From an uncultured Candidatus Saccharibacteria bacterium (GTDB taxonomy: Bacteria; Patescibacteriota; Minisyncoccia; CAIUEV01; JAHKAQ01): a DNA stretch of 64,000 bases. The position numbers were made by a program, and so were the translations under genes. The stretch is taken from NCBI GenBank assembly GCA_964598205.1, contig CAZRBB010000004.1, positions 2,324 through 66,323 of the forward strand, written 5' to 3'. The notes beneath the pieces are model-generated. The model made no database searches and was not told where the DNA came from. It worked only from the letters and a program-made list of their open reading frames with translations. Shown here in pieces: positions 1-8,883 of the stretch; position 1 is the stretch's first letter, and each line of letters opens with the position of its first letter.

Positions 1-248
1 ATAGATATTTTAAAATTCATTTCATATTCACTTATAAGAAGATAAGTAATTAGAAAACCAGACAATACAAAAAATATTGAAACACCTGTTCCTCCATTAC
101 TCATAGTGTAGAGCAGTTTTTCCCAAATAGTATTTTTAATTGGAAGATATTGATATGATGGGCTAACAGCATGTCCAAGGAAAACCATTAACGCGGCTAT
201 GAATCTAATAGAATCTAAATTTTTAAAATATAATTTGTCGTTACTCAT
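1..248 (-). CDS. Acyltransferase family 3 (OafA-like) membrane protein, N-terminal fragment truncated by the window edge
   Basis: The minus strand read from the ATG at 246-248 gives MSNDKLYFKNLDSIRFIAALMVFLGHAVS...GVSIFFVLSGFLITYLL. This is the typical AT3 N-terminal TM1-TM2 signature. The ORF runs off the window start. Confidence 0.5.
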   Translation of the reverse strand, partial: MSNDKLYFKNLDSIRFIAALMVFLGHAVSPSYQYLPIKNTIWEKLLYTMSNGGTGVSIFFVLSGFLITYLLISEYEMNFKIS

Positions 249-658
249 AATTGTCTTGGTCGTGTTTTTTTGCTTACCACTTTTGTTTTAGTCGAAGCGT
301 TGTTTTTTCATTTTCTGTCTGTCGGTTTATGATTGCACTGCATTTTACAATGACCGCTAACGTTTCGGCATATCTGATGTTTTGTGGAGCGTAGCGGAAC
401 AAAATATGGGTGGAGGCTTTTGTAAAAAGCCGTAACCAGATATGCCGTGTTAGCTGATGTATTCCTTTTCTTTTTTCCGACAGCAGTCGGAATTGTTTTA
501 AAAAATTTTAAAATTTCTTTTTCCGTTTTGGATTTTGGGCAGAGGGGTCAGGGGTGAATGCCCAAAATCCAAAACACATTATTTCTTTTTCGTTTGAGAG
601 GGTGGCAAGAGGGGAACAAAAGGGGTGAATTGCCACTCTCTCAAACTCCTTATTGTAT

Positions 659-2023
659 TTAATTTGTAATCTTCATTTGTTGTTTTATTTCTCGTAAATA
701 TACAGTTGATTTTTGTTTTAATATATCCATATTGGTACTTGCAATATTTTCAAAATATTCAAAATCTTGTAATGCATCTCCCAAGTTGTTTCGTTTGAAA
801 TAACTCAAAAAACCAATCCAAAAATATAACTGTGCCTTAGGGGCTACATCGGTTAAAAGATTCAAATTAAATTTTCTTACTTCGTCTAAAGTTATTGCTT
901 CCGTTAAATAACGTTGTTGTTTTATTTTTTGACAAGTTTTCAATGCATTTTGATAATCTTCTTTCCAAAAATACAAAAATGCTTTGCTGTATCTCCACTC
1001 AAAAGTATTTTTTGCGTATTGCTCCGCTTTTTTTACACTTTTAATAGCCTCATCTATATTTTTATCAACCATAAAATCAATAATTGCTTTAAATAACCAC
1101 GCTCCATAATTATTATTATTTTCTGATAATGATTTTTCTAAAAATGTTTTTGCCTCGCTTATCCTGTTGTTTTCAAAATGCCATTTAGCTATCCACAGTG
1201 TCTCATCTGATATTAAAAGAGGAATACGATTTCGTATGTCTTGTAAATGAAGAGGCAGTGGTCGAAAAGCATTAAATTGGTCTTTTAAGCCATTGTGTAA
1301 TTTAAGAGCCAGTTGTGGATCTTGTGAGACGAAAGCGGCAATGCCGATGATGTATTTCGCGGCTAAATGTACTATCGTTGCAGAGGCTTCAAATCCTTTA
1401 AAACTTCTTTTTTCAAGAAAATTTACTTCTTTAGGCAATACTTTTGAAAAATCGATGGAAATTACTTGGCTTAAATTTTGAGGGATTGGTTTATGCACAA
1501 CATATCCTTGAAAATTTATAAAATACTTTTCGCCTTCATCACCGTCAGGTCTTTTTTTGACATCTCCCCAAACGTAGAAATGGGCTTTAATTTTTTTATT
1601 TATTATTTCTAATTTTGCTCGTGAATCGCTTGCCTCCTTAATTTGATTTGAAAAGTGGTTTTTAAGAAAAACGACTTCCGAAAAATTTAAAATGCCTTCC
1701 TGTTGTAAATCTTTTTTTAATTTGGAAATAAAATCTGCTTTCAATTTTTGTCTTTCCTTTTCGTTTTCTGAAAAAATAGCAATTACTATTCCGACTTTAT
1801 TTTTTCTGTTTCTGGGTAGGTGAAATTTATTAAATATCCAAAATCCTATCCATGATAAAAGCAATAACGAATAGATAGTTGCTCTTATTTTTAAGTCAGT
1901 AAATTGCCCCAAAAAACTATCTGCGAATACGAAAACACCAATTAAACCAATGACACCAACAAGAAGTGTTTTAACTTCTGGTAATTTTTCTTCGGTGATG
2001 TAATTAAACTTATCCCAATCCAT
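659..2023 (-). CDS. Membrane-anchored protein of unknown function: two N-terminal TM helices, a central alpha/beta domain and C-terminal TPR-like helical repeats
   Basis: 454-aa ORF with hydrophobic segments near the N-terminus. The C-terminal region (YGAWLFKAIIDF...EAIKSVKKAEQYAKNTFEWRYSKAFLYFWKEDYQNALKTCQKI) is TPR-like. It lies directly next to the R-M pair. Confidence 0.6.
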   Translation of the reverse strand: MDWDKFNYITEEKLPEVKTLLVGVIGLIGVFVFADSFLGQFTDLKIRATIYSLLLLSWIGFWIFNKFHLPRNRKNKVGIVIAIFSENEKERQKLKADFISKLKKDLQQEGILNFSEVVFLKNHFSNQIKEASDSRAKLEIINKKIKAHFYVWGDVKKRPDGDEGEKYFINFQGYVVHKPIPQNLSQVISIDFSKVLPKEVNFLEKRSFKGFEASATIVHLAAKYIIGIAAFVSQDPQLALKLHNGLKDQFNAFRPLPLHLQDIRNRIPLLISDETLWIAKWHFENNRISEAKTFLEKSLSENNNNYGAWLFKAIIDFMVDKNIDEAIKSVKKAEQYAKNTFEWRYSKAFLYFWKEDYQNALKTCQKIKQQRYLTEAITLDEVRKFNLNLLTDVAPKAQLYFWIGFLSYFKRNNLGDALQDFEYFENIASTNMDILKQKSTVYLREIKQQMKITN

Positions 2024-2058
2024 ATTTTATTACGTTTTTTGTCTTTTGTAAAAATTCT

Positions 2059-3075
2059 TTATTTTAAAGTTTTCAAGACTTTGAGCGTTAGGTCTTTTAC
2101 TGAATAAATGCCTTTCATTTTTTGTAAAAACTCTCTAGCACAATATATCTCATCGGCAACAAATATGTGTATGTTATGATTTAAAATACTCTTTGCTTTT
2201 TCTTCGTTTAGGTCTAGTCCTAGTGTTATTTCAATCATTACATCAATTTTGCTCATTTGAGCTGTCTTTATAAACTGTTTATACCTTTCTCTTAGTGTTC
2301 TTTTTGCACCAATTCCAAAAGTACGACCACCAAGCTCGAAAAAGAAGTCGAATTCCGTGCTAGAATCATCTTTGTCGTGAACTTTTTTAATATTTTTTTC
2401 TGGTATTCCTATTTTAGTTAAAACTGATAAAATTCTGTCTTCATAATCTGTCCCAGAATCAGAAATGATTGATTGATTAATGCTTTCCGAAAACATAAGC
2501 ATAAAAATTTGGTTTGGCTCAACCCCATTCTTTTTCAGCTTAATAGCAAATTTAGACAAATTATTAATAAAGCTATGAGCGTCAGATGACATAAAATTTG
2601 TTTTACCTGCCTCTAACTGCGAGAAAAACAATAAAGCCAATAATGCGCCGTTAACTCTGGTTGCGTAGGGTCTATATACTGAAATTTTATCGTAACTTAA
2701 TGACAGCGGATCAAGTCTGTCTAAATCGGAAACTCCGATAACATCAGTTAATTTAGCCTCTTGTAGTAGTAAATCTTTTATCAAGTATAATTTTAAGCTA
2801 AAAGCAAACAGGTCTAGGTCTACTTTGTTTTCAAGAGTTTCAATAATTGTAAATAAAATATTTTGCTTATCCTGTCCTACGATTTGCGATATCAAACCCT
2901 CGAACTTTTCATTGCAAGTTTCAATTTTTGAAGATTTGAATAAAACATATGTCTCCAAAAACTGCAGAGCCTGTTTTTCTGAAAGTTTTGATTTCACTAA
3001 ATGTTTTAATAAAAAGTAAAATTTTAAATTTATATCAAATTTACCTTTCGTAATTTGTAGTTTGTTGATTTTCAT
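2059..3075 (-). CDS. Putative type II restriction endonuclease, partner of the adjacent C5 methyltransferase
   Basis: 338-aa ORF lying 12 bp upstream of the MTase on the same strand. It has no recognisable housekeeping family, and its AT-rich composition matches the MTase. Assignment rests on gene context only. Confidence 0.4.
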   Translation of the reverse strand: MKINKLQITKGKFDINLKFYFLLKHLVKSKLSEKQALQFLETYVLFKSSKIETCNEKFEGLISQIVGQDKQNILFTIIETLENKVDLDLFAFSLKLYLIKDLLLQEAKLTDVIGVSDLDRLDPLSLSYDKISVYRPYATRVNGALLALLFFSQLEAGKTNFMSSDAHSFINNLSKFAIKLKKNGVEPNQIFMLMFSESINQSIISDSGTDYEDRILSVLTKIGIPEKNIKKVHDKDDSSTEFDFFFELGGRTFGIGAKRTLRERYKQFIKTAQMSKIDVMIEITLGLDLNEEKAKSILNHNIHIFVADEIYCAREFLQKMKGIYSVKDLTLKVLKTLK

Positions 3076-3086
3076 AGATTTTTTTA

Positions 3087-4064
3087 TTAAGTAATTGCTT
3101 TTTTAATAGCTTGTGCAAGTGCTGTGATAACGGGTACAGCAACACTATTTCCAAATTGTTTATATGCTTGAGTGTCGCTCACGGGTATTTTAAAATTTTC
3201 TGGATAACCTTGAAGTCTTGCTGCTTCTCTCGGCGTCACTTTTCGAGGATTTTTATTTTTTTGTTCTATTAAAATTTCAGAGCCATCTTTGTAGTATCTA
3301 GCTGATATTGTACTTGTGTATTCAGAATCTTCAGTAAACATGGAATAACCAAATCCGTTGCCTTTCTCTTTATGTTCTTTTTTTCTTCTTTGGTGACCAG
3401 CCCATAATTTGTCAGAAAGAGTATATTTCTTGTCTACCTTTTTTTCTAAAATATTACCCAACTTTGTTTTTACTCCTATAGCTTCTGGAAATTTAAAGTC
3501 CACCTCATCTAAAAAACCAATAATATATATTCTCTCTCTATTTTGTGGGACACCAAAATCTTTTGCATTTAAAATTTTTGTAAAAATTTTATACCCCATA
3601 TCCTCTAAAGTTTTCTTTATTACTTCAAAGGTGTTCCCTTTGTCATGGTTTTTAAATCCTTTTACATTTTCCAAAAAAACTACCCTTGGCTTATGATGTT
3701 TAATAATTCTGGCTATGTCAAAAAAAAGTGTTCCCCTTGAATCTTCAAAACCTTTTTTTAGTCCGGCATTTGAAAATGGCTGGCATGGAAAACCTGCACA
3801 CAAAATATCAAATTTTGGTATATTTTTTTCTTTGACTTTTATTATGTCACCTTCAAAAAGATTCTCACCTTTTGAAAACAATCCTTCTTCAAAAATACTT
3901 GGCGATAAATCTTTGTAGTTTTCTATGTAAGTTTTTCTTGCTTGTTCATCCCATTCAGATGCAAAAACACAATCACAACCGACACTGTGAAATGCTGTAT
4001 GAAAACCGCCTATGCCAGCGAATAAATCTATAAATGTTAGTTGTGGTTTTTTTGGATTGGACAT
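3087..4064 (-). CDS. DNA (cytosine-5)-methyltransferase, HhaI-like
   Basis: Motif I FIDLFAGIGGF, motif IV ILCAGFPCQPFSNAG, GFEDSRGTLFFDIARI, VVFLENVKGF, and QNRERIYIIGF. The 325-aa length is close to M.HhaI-type enzymes. Confidence 0.92.
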   Translation of the reverse strand: MSNPKKPQLTFIDLFAGIGGFHTAFHSVGCDCVFASEWDEQARKTYIENYKDLSPSIFEEGLFSKGENLFEGDIIKVKEKNIPKFDILCAGFPCQPFSNAGLKKGFEDSRGTLFFDIARIIKHHKPRVVFLENVKGFKNHDKGNTFEVIKKTLEDMGYKIFTKILNAKDFGVPQNRERIYIIGFLDEVDFKFPEAIGVKTKLGNILEKKVDKKYTLSDKLWAGHQRRKKEHKEKGNGFGYSMFTEDSEYTSTISARYYKDGSEILIEQKNKNPRKVTPREAARLQGYPENFKIPVSDTQAYKQFGNSVAVPVITALAQAIKKAIT

Positions 4065-4360
4065 ATATCAAATTAAGTCAAAATTATTATATTCGTTTTC
4101 CCCTTATAAATAAATCGTTTTCGTAGCGGAGCGGAGAAAACACCTTATTACCCCTCTTTAATTAATGAAAAAGAAATTTTAAAATTTTTTAAAATAATTG
4201 GGCGATAGCCCAAAAAAGAAAAGGAATATTTCAGCTAACTCGTTGTTATGCGAACTTACTGGCGGATAATGGGTGGGGATTGTATGTTAGGCGAATTAAT
4301 TTATTTTTTATTGGGGTTCTTTTTAGAATGATTTTATTGGTGCTAGTGTAGCATATTTTT

Positions 4361-5179
4361 ATGAATCTGGACGATCTTTTGGGGAGAATTAGAAGAGAAT
4401 TAAAGTTGCGGAATTATAGCTCCAAAACGATCAAAAGTTATTTGGGTTGTTTGGTTGATTATTTTCGGTACCTTAAAAATATTAAAAGAGAACCAAATAT
4501 TGAGTTGATAAAAGATTATTTGTCCAAAAAGCAAGAAAGGGGACAGTCTTCGCAAACGATCAATCTCTATTTGAATGCTATTAAGTATTTTTATAGAGAA
4601 GTTTTTAAAAGTAGAACAAGTATTGATCTTAAATTTGCCAAGAGATCAAAGAAATTGCCGGTGGTTTTATCTAGAAAAGAAATTAAAAAAATAATCGAAT
4701 CAATTAAAAATAAAAAGCATAGATTATTAATTGCTCTTTCTTATAGTGGGGGACTAAGGGTGAGTGAAGTAACGAATTTAAAAATAGGAGATCTAGATTT
4801 GGAAGAACTAACAATTCATATTAAGAATGGAAAAGGAAAAAAAGATAGAATGACTATTTTTTCTGAAAGAATAAAAATTGATTTGGAGAAAATAAGTAAT
4901 AGAAGAATAGGGAATGCTTTGGTTTTTGAAAGTAACAGGGGTGGAAAATTAACCGAAAGATCGGTTCAAAAAGTTTTTAAAAAGGCGATCAAAAAAGCGG
5001 AAATAAAAAAGGAGGCAACTTTCCATTCGCTTCGGCATAGTTTTGCCACTCATCTTTTAGAAGACGGGGTGGATATTCGGTTCGTTCAAGAATTATTGGG
5101 GCACGCCAATATTCGGACTACTCAAATTTATACTCAGGTAAACAGCTCAAGGTTGAAAAAAATAAAAAGCCCTTTGTAG
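4361..5179 (+). CDS. Site-specific tyrosine recombinase (XerC/XerD / integrase family)
   Basis: C-terminal catalytic box HSLRHSFATHLLEDGVDIRFVQELLGHANIRTTQIYTQV (R..HxxR..Y). N-terminal SAM-like core-binding domain. Confidence 0.85.
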   Translation: MNLDDLLGRIRRELKLRNYSSKTIKSYLGCLVDYFRYLKNIKREPNIELIKDYLSKKQERGQSSQTINLYLNAIKYFYREVFKSRTSIDLKFAKRSKKLPVVLSRKEIKKIIESIKNKKHRLLIALSYSGGLRVSEVTNLKIGDLDLEELTIHIKNGKGKKDRMTIFSERIKIDLEKISNRRIGNALVFESNRGGKLTERSVQKVFKKAIKKAEIKKEATFHSLRHSFATHLLEDGVDIRFVQELLGHANIRTTQIYTQVNSSRLKKIKSPL

Positions 5180-5277
5180 GCTTGGGTTTTGGGAAATGGA
5201 TTGGCGATTTTTATTTTAGGTCTTTTAATAGTCTGTTTGTAAGAGTTTGGTTTTTATTTTTTTTGGTTATTTGTTTT

Positions 5278-5964
5278 TTATTGGATTATTGACCAGCCAC
5301 CGCTTGTTAGTGCTGGAAACATTTTGTATTTACCTATTTCTTTTTGAATGTGCCAGTGCCCGCAAATAACGCTATCTACTTCTGGTCCATCTTCAACTTC
5401 TTTTAAGCGCTTCATTTGTTCTGGTACTTCTTCTGTGTTTTTAACGAATGGGGGATGATGCTGAAGTATTAAAACTCTTTTATCTGTTTTAATAACATTT
5501 TTTAACCATTCCAATTGGGTTTCCGAAACTCCTCCATTGTATCCTGCTTGTTCGTTAGTATCTAAAACAATAATTCTGTCGTTTCCAGTATCTTCGTAAT
5601 AGTATCCGCTTTGTTCTATTCCGTGATTTCCTTTTAACCAAAATACTTTTAGTTTTGATTTGGTGGCTATTTTTTTTAATTCCTTGTTTCTTTTGCTGTC
5701 TTTTTTGTCCGTGCTGTCTCCAAGAATAAAAACTACTTCTTCTCCTCTTGTTTTTAATTCTTTTAAGGCAGCCTTAAAAGAATTAGCTCCATTTTTAGGA
5801 TAAATAGTAGGAAAACCAGTGCATTTTTTAGTATTTGCTTTTCCGTAATGAATATCGGCAATTACCCCATAAGCCAGAGTGGTTTGGGGAATTAGTAAGA
5901 GGAATAGAAATACAGCGTATTTTATTTTATTCAAAAGATATTCAATTTGATTCGGCCGGATCAT
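5278..5964 (-). CDS. Calcineurin-like metallophosphoesterase with N-terminal signal/TM segment
   Basis: Motifs DIHYG, GDSTD, GNHG, QHHPP and GHWH. The six-frame ORF extends to 6126 only by reading through the antisense tRNA-Asp. The true start is the internal ATG (MIRPNQ) at 5964. Confidence 0.75.
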   Translation of the reverse strand: MIRPNQIEYLLNKIKYAVFLFLLLIPQTTLAYGVIADIHYGKANTKKCTGFPTIYPKNGANSFKAALKELKTRGEEVVFILGDSTDKKDSKRNKELKKIATKSKLKVFWLKGNHGIEQSGYYYEDTGNDRIIVLDTNEQAGYNGGVSETQLEWLKNVIKTDKRVLILQHHPPFVKNTEEVPEQMKRLKEVEDGPEVDSVICGHWHIQKEIGKYKMFPALTSGGWSIIQ

Positions 5965-5998
5965 GATTATTGTTTGGCTATAAATGGAGATTTTTCTC

Positions 5999-6075
5999 TG
6001 GCGGGGACGACGGGGCTCGAACCCGCGACCTTCTGCGTGACAGGCAGACGCTCTAACCAACTGAGCTACGTCCCC
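5999..6075 (-). tRNA. tRNA-Asp (GTC), CCA encoded
   Basis: Minus-strand sequence GGGGACGTAGCTCAGTTGGTTAGAGCGTCTGCCTGTCACGCAGAAGGTCGCGGGTTCGAGCCCCGTCGTCCCCGCCA. It folds as a cloverleaf with anticodon loop CTGTCAC. Confidence 0.9.
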
Positions 6076-6330
6076 GTAAATTGTGCGGAGATTCTTTTTT
6101 TTACCTTCTTTTACCTTTTTGTGCAAGCAAAATTGATTTAAAAATAACGAATTTATTTGCGGTTTATTTTTGACTTTGTTCTTGGCTTTAGGTGTTTATA
6201 ATTATTCAATCTTTGATTTTACAATTTTTTTAAATTAACGAATTATAAAGAGTTGCATATAAAATTAAGAAAAATTCGTATTATTAGTGAGGTTTTGGCT
6301 TTTTTTGTTGATTGCTAAATAATTATTGGA

Positions 6331-6897
6331 ATGAATAGGAAATATTTTAAAGTTTGGGTTTTGGGATTGGTTTTTATTTTTTTAATTCCTTCTTTTGCTT
6401 TGGCGGCTACGACTTGTCCGTACGGATTAACTAATGATTCGTATCCTGGAGAATGCGGAAGGTATGTTGATCAAGATAAAAACGGGGTTTGCGATTTAAG
6501 CCAAGTTGCAGTAAATACTTCTAACAACCAGCCAGAAACAAAAAACGAAAACGAAGTCTTGATACCAGAAAAAAGAAAAATAAAAGCAATCTATAATTTC
6601 TTACCGCTTTCTTTAGTTCTTTTGATTGCTTACGGAATAACTTATTTATTGGCTGGGAAGAAAATAATAAGCTTGGTTTGGCATCGTCGGATTTGGAATT
6701 TGGTTTTGCTTTTTTCTTTTTTGGCTTCGGGATTGTTGGGAATTTTTTTGGTGTTGAAAATAAATTACGGTTTTAATTGGAATTGGCCACTTAACATACT
6801 TTATTGGCATGTGGAAACAGGAATCTCAATGGTGGTTGTTTCTATTTTTCATATTAGTTGGCACTTAAAATATTATGCTTGTGGTTTTTCTTTTTAA
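6331..6897 (+). CDS. Membrane protein with signal peptide, small Cys-rich ectodomain and about 4 TM helices; function unknown
   Basis: Signal peptide MNRKYFKVWVLGLVFIFLIPSFALA. Ectodomain CPYG...CGRYVDQDKNGVCD. Hydrophobic helices follow. Confidence 0.5.
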   Translation: MNRKYFKVWVLGLVFIFLIPSFALAATTCPYGLTNDSYPGECGRYVDQDKNGVCDLSQVAVNTSNNQPETKNENEVLIPEKRKIKAIYNFLPLSLVLLIAYGITYLLAGKKIISLVWHRRIWNLVLLFSFLASGLLGIFLVLKINYGFNWNWPLNILYWHVETGISMVVVSIFHISWHLKYYACGFSF

Positions 6898-7003
6898 TTT
6901 TTAAGAAGCGTTGGCGTTTGATTTTGACGCTATTTTTTTAGAAGGAAAAAAGCTAGAATGGGGTTAGGAAAGATAAAAAATAAATAATCATTAAAAAATA
7001 ATT

Positions 7004-7588
7004 ATGGAAAAAACATTGAACAATTTGGCTAACGCTTTTATTGGTGAATCGCAAGCAAGAAATCGTTATGATTTTTTTGCCAGTACGGCCAGGAAAGAAG
7101 GGATGGAGCAGGTAGCGGAGATTTTTGTCTTAACTGCCAGCCAGGAAAAGCAACACGCCAAGCAGATTATGAAGATGATGCTAGAAATTTTAGCTAAGAA
7201 TTCCGAATTAAAAAATCCGGTAAAGGCGGAATCAGAAGTGGCGGTGATTTTAGGAACTACTGCAGATAATTTGGCACACGCTATTGCCGGAGAAAACCAC
7301 GAGCATACGGCAATGTATCCGGAATTTGCCAAAACCGCCGAAGAAGAAGGCTTGCCAGAGATGGCGGCAAGGATTCGGTCAATTGCTAAGGCCGAAGAAC
7401 ATCACGAGGAACGCTACGGGAAAATTTTAGAACAGATAAAAAACGGTTCCCTATTTAAAAAAGAAGAGGAAGTGGAGTGGACTTGTCGGGAGTGTGGCTA
7501 TGTTCATAAAGGAAAAGAAGCGCCAGAAATTTGCCCTTCTTGTTCTCATGCTCAAGCTTTTTATCAGTTAAAATGCGAGGAGTACTAA
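7004..7588 (+). CDS. rbr: Rubrerythrin
   Basis: Di-iron four-helix motifs (E..EKQH, EHHEERY) plus a C-terminal rubredoxin-like domain, CRECG...CPSC. Confidence 0.9.
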   Translation: MEKTLNNLANAFIGESQARNRYDFFASTARKEGMEQVAEIFVLTASQEKQHAKQIMKMMLEILAKNSELKNPVKAESEVAVILGTTADNLAHAIAGENHEHTAMYPEFAKTAEEEGLPEMAARIRSIAKAEEHHEERYGKILEQIKNGSLFKKEEEVEWTCRECGYVHKGKEAPEICPSCSHAQAFYQLKCEEY

Positions 7589-7692
7589 GATTATAATAAT
7601 TTTGGTGATCAGTATTTTTTGTTAAGACCAAGTTTTATTTACTCGTTGTGGCTTGGGTTGTATAGATAAAAATAATAAATAATTTAAACAAA

Positions 7693-8082
7693 ATGACCGA
7701 ATTTAAACAGCTTTATAGGTGCAGTATCTGTGGGAATATTACCGAGGCGTTACATCCGGGAGAAGGGGAATTAGTTTGTTGCGGGAAGCCAATGGAATTA
7801 CAAGTGGTGCACACGGAGAAAGATGAAGGCCAAGAGAAACATGTGCCGGTGCGGGTTGGTCGAGTAGTGAAAGTGGGGGAAGTGGCTCATCCAATGGAAG
7901 AAAACCACTTTATTGAATGGATAGAAAAAGTCTCTATTTCTGGAAAATATGCTCGTAAACATTTAAAACCGGGAGAAGCTCCAGAGGTTCCTTTTGGTAA
8001 CAGGGGAGGAGAAATTTTGCGTTGCTACTGCAATGTTCATGGACTTTGGGAAAACAACAAAGCGGATCATAGAAAATCCTAA
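7693..8082 (+). CDS. dfx: Desulfoferrodoxin / superoxide reductase (2Fe-SOR)
   Basis: N-terminal desulforedoxin-like CSICG...CCGKPM. C-terminal SOR domain with HVPV, HPMEENHFIEW and CNVHGLWEN. Confidence 0.85.
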   Translation: MTEFKQLYRCSICGNITEALHPGEGELVCCGKPMELQVVHTEKDEGQEKHVPVRVGRVVKVGEVAHPMEENHFIEWIEKVSISGKYARKHLKPGEAPEVPFGNRGGEILRCYCNVHGLWENNKADHRKS

Positions 8083-8084
8083 AT

Positions 8085-8822
8085 TTAATTGGAGGCTTTA
8101 ATTCTGATTGTTTGGCGGGCAATGGTGATTGCCTCTATGTTTTTGAATCCTGCCCGAAAAAGAACACTGGCGCAGGCTTTTAAGGTGGCGCCGGTGGTGA
8201 GAATGTCGTCTATTAAAATAATAGTTTGAGAAAAAAAATGCGGATTACAAAAGCGTTGATTAACCAAGAAACAGTCTTTAAGGTTTTTTAATCTTTGTTT
8301 TTTATTTTTAGTTTTGGCTTGAGGTGGTGTTTCTTTTGTTTTTAAAAGAAGGTTGGAAGCCAAGGGGATTTTGGTTTTAAGACTTAAATTCTTGGCAATT
8401 TTTTGTGATTGATTAAAACCTCTTTGTTTTTCTTTTTTAGAAGTTAGCGGAACAGGAACTAAAAGCACTGGTGATTTTGAGCAAAGAATTTTTTGGCAAG
8501 CTGGATGATAAAAAATAATTTGGGCTAAATCGCGAGCAATTAGAAAAGCTTTTTGGTATTTTAAAATATGAATTGCTTCTTTAATAGCTGAGTTAGTGTA
8601 AAAAAAAGCGGTGACGACTTTTTTTAGAAAAAATTTATGTTGGCAATCTGGGCAGAGCTTGCCACCAGAAGATGACCGACCGCAAAAAATACAAAAACTA
8701 TTTGGGTAGAGTTCTAATTTACTGGCGCAGTTGGGACAGAAGTAGAAATGGGGCTTTCCACAACGAAAACAATTAATCGGCAAAAAACAATCCAGGAGGA
8801 TTTTTTTTATTTTTAATAACAT
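8085..8822 (-). CDS. comFC: ComF family competence protein (phosphoribosyltransferase domain)
   Basis: N-terminal zinc-finger-like CFRCG...CPNC...CIFCG...CPDC. C-terminal PRTase motif ILIDDILTTGATL. Confidence 0.75.
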   Translation of the reverse strand: MLLKIKKILLDCFLPINCFRCGKPHFYFCPNCASKLELYPNSFCIFCGRSSSGGKLCPDCQHKFFLKKVVTAFFYTNSAIKEAIHILKYQKAFLIARDLAQIIFYHPACQKILCSKSPVLLVPVPLTSKKEKQRGFNQSQKIAKNLSLKTKIPLASNLLLKTKETPPQAKTKNKKQRLKNLKDCFLVNQRFCNPHFFSQTIILIDDILTTGATLKACASVLFRAGFKNIEAITIARQTIRIKASN

Positions 8823-8883
8823 GGCTTTATTCTAAAAGAGAAAGATAAAGCCCAATTAAAAAAGTATTAAATTTTTTCTAAAC

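Noticed and set aside
250-6075. att sites (direct repeats of the tRNA-Asp 3' end) delimiting an integrated element
   Set aside because: I searched the left 5 kb by eye for the GGGGCTCGAACCCGCGACC / CGGGGACGA strings and found no second copy. The island boundaries therefore remain hypothetical.
5965-6126. Upstream extension of the metallophosphoesterase ORF (MHKKVKEGKKKNLRTIYGDVAQLVRASACHAEGRGFEPRRPRQRK...)
   Set aside because: This part is the antisense translation of tRNA-Asp. The real start is the internal ATG at 5964 (MIRPNQ...), which is followed by a signal/TM segment.
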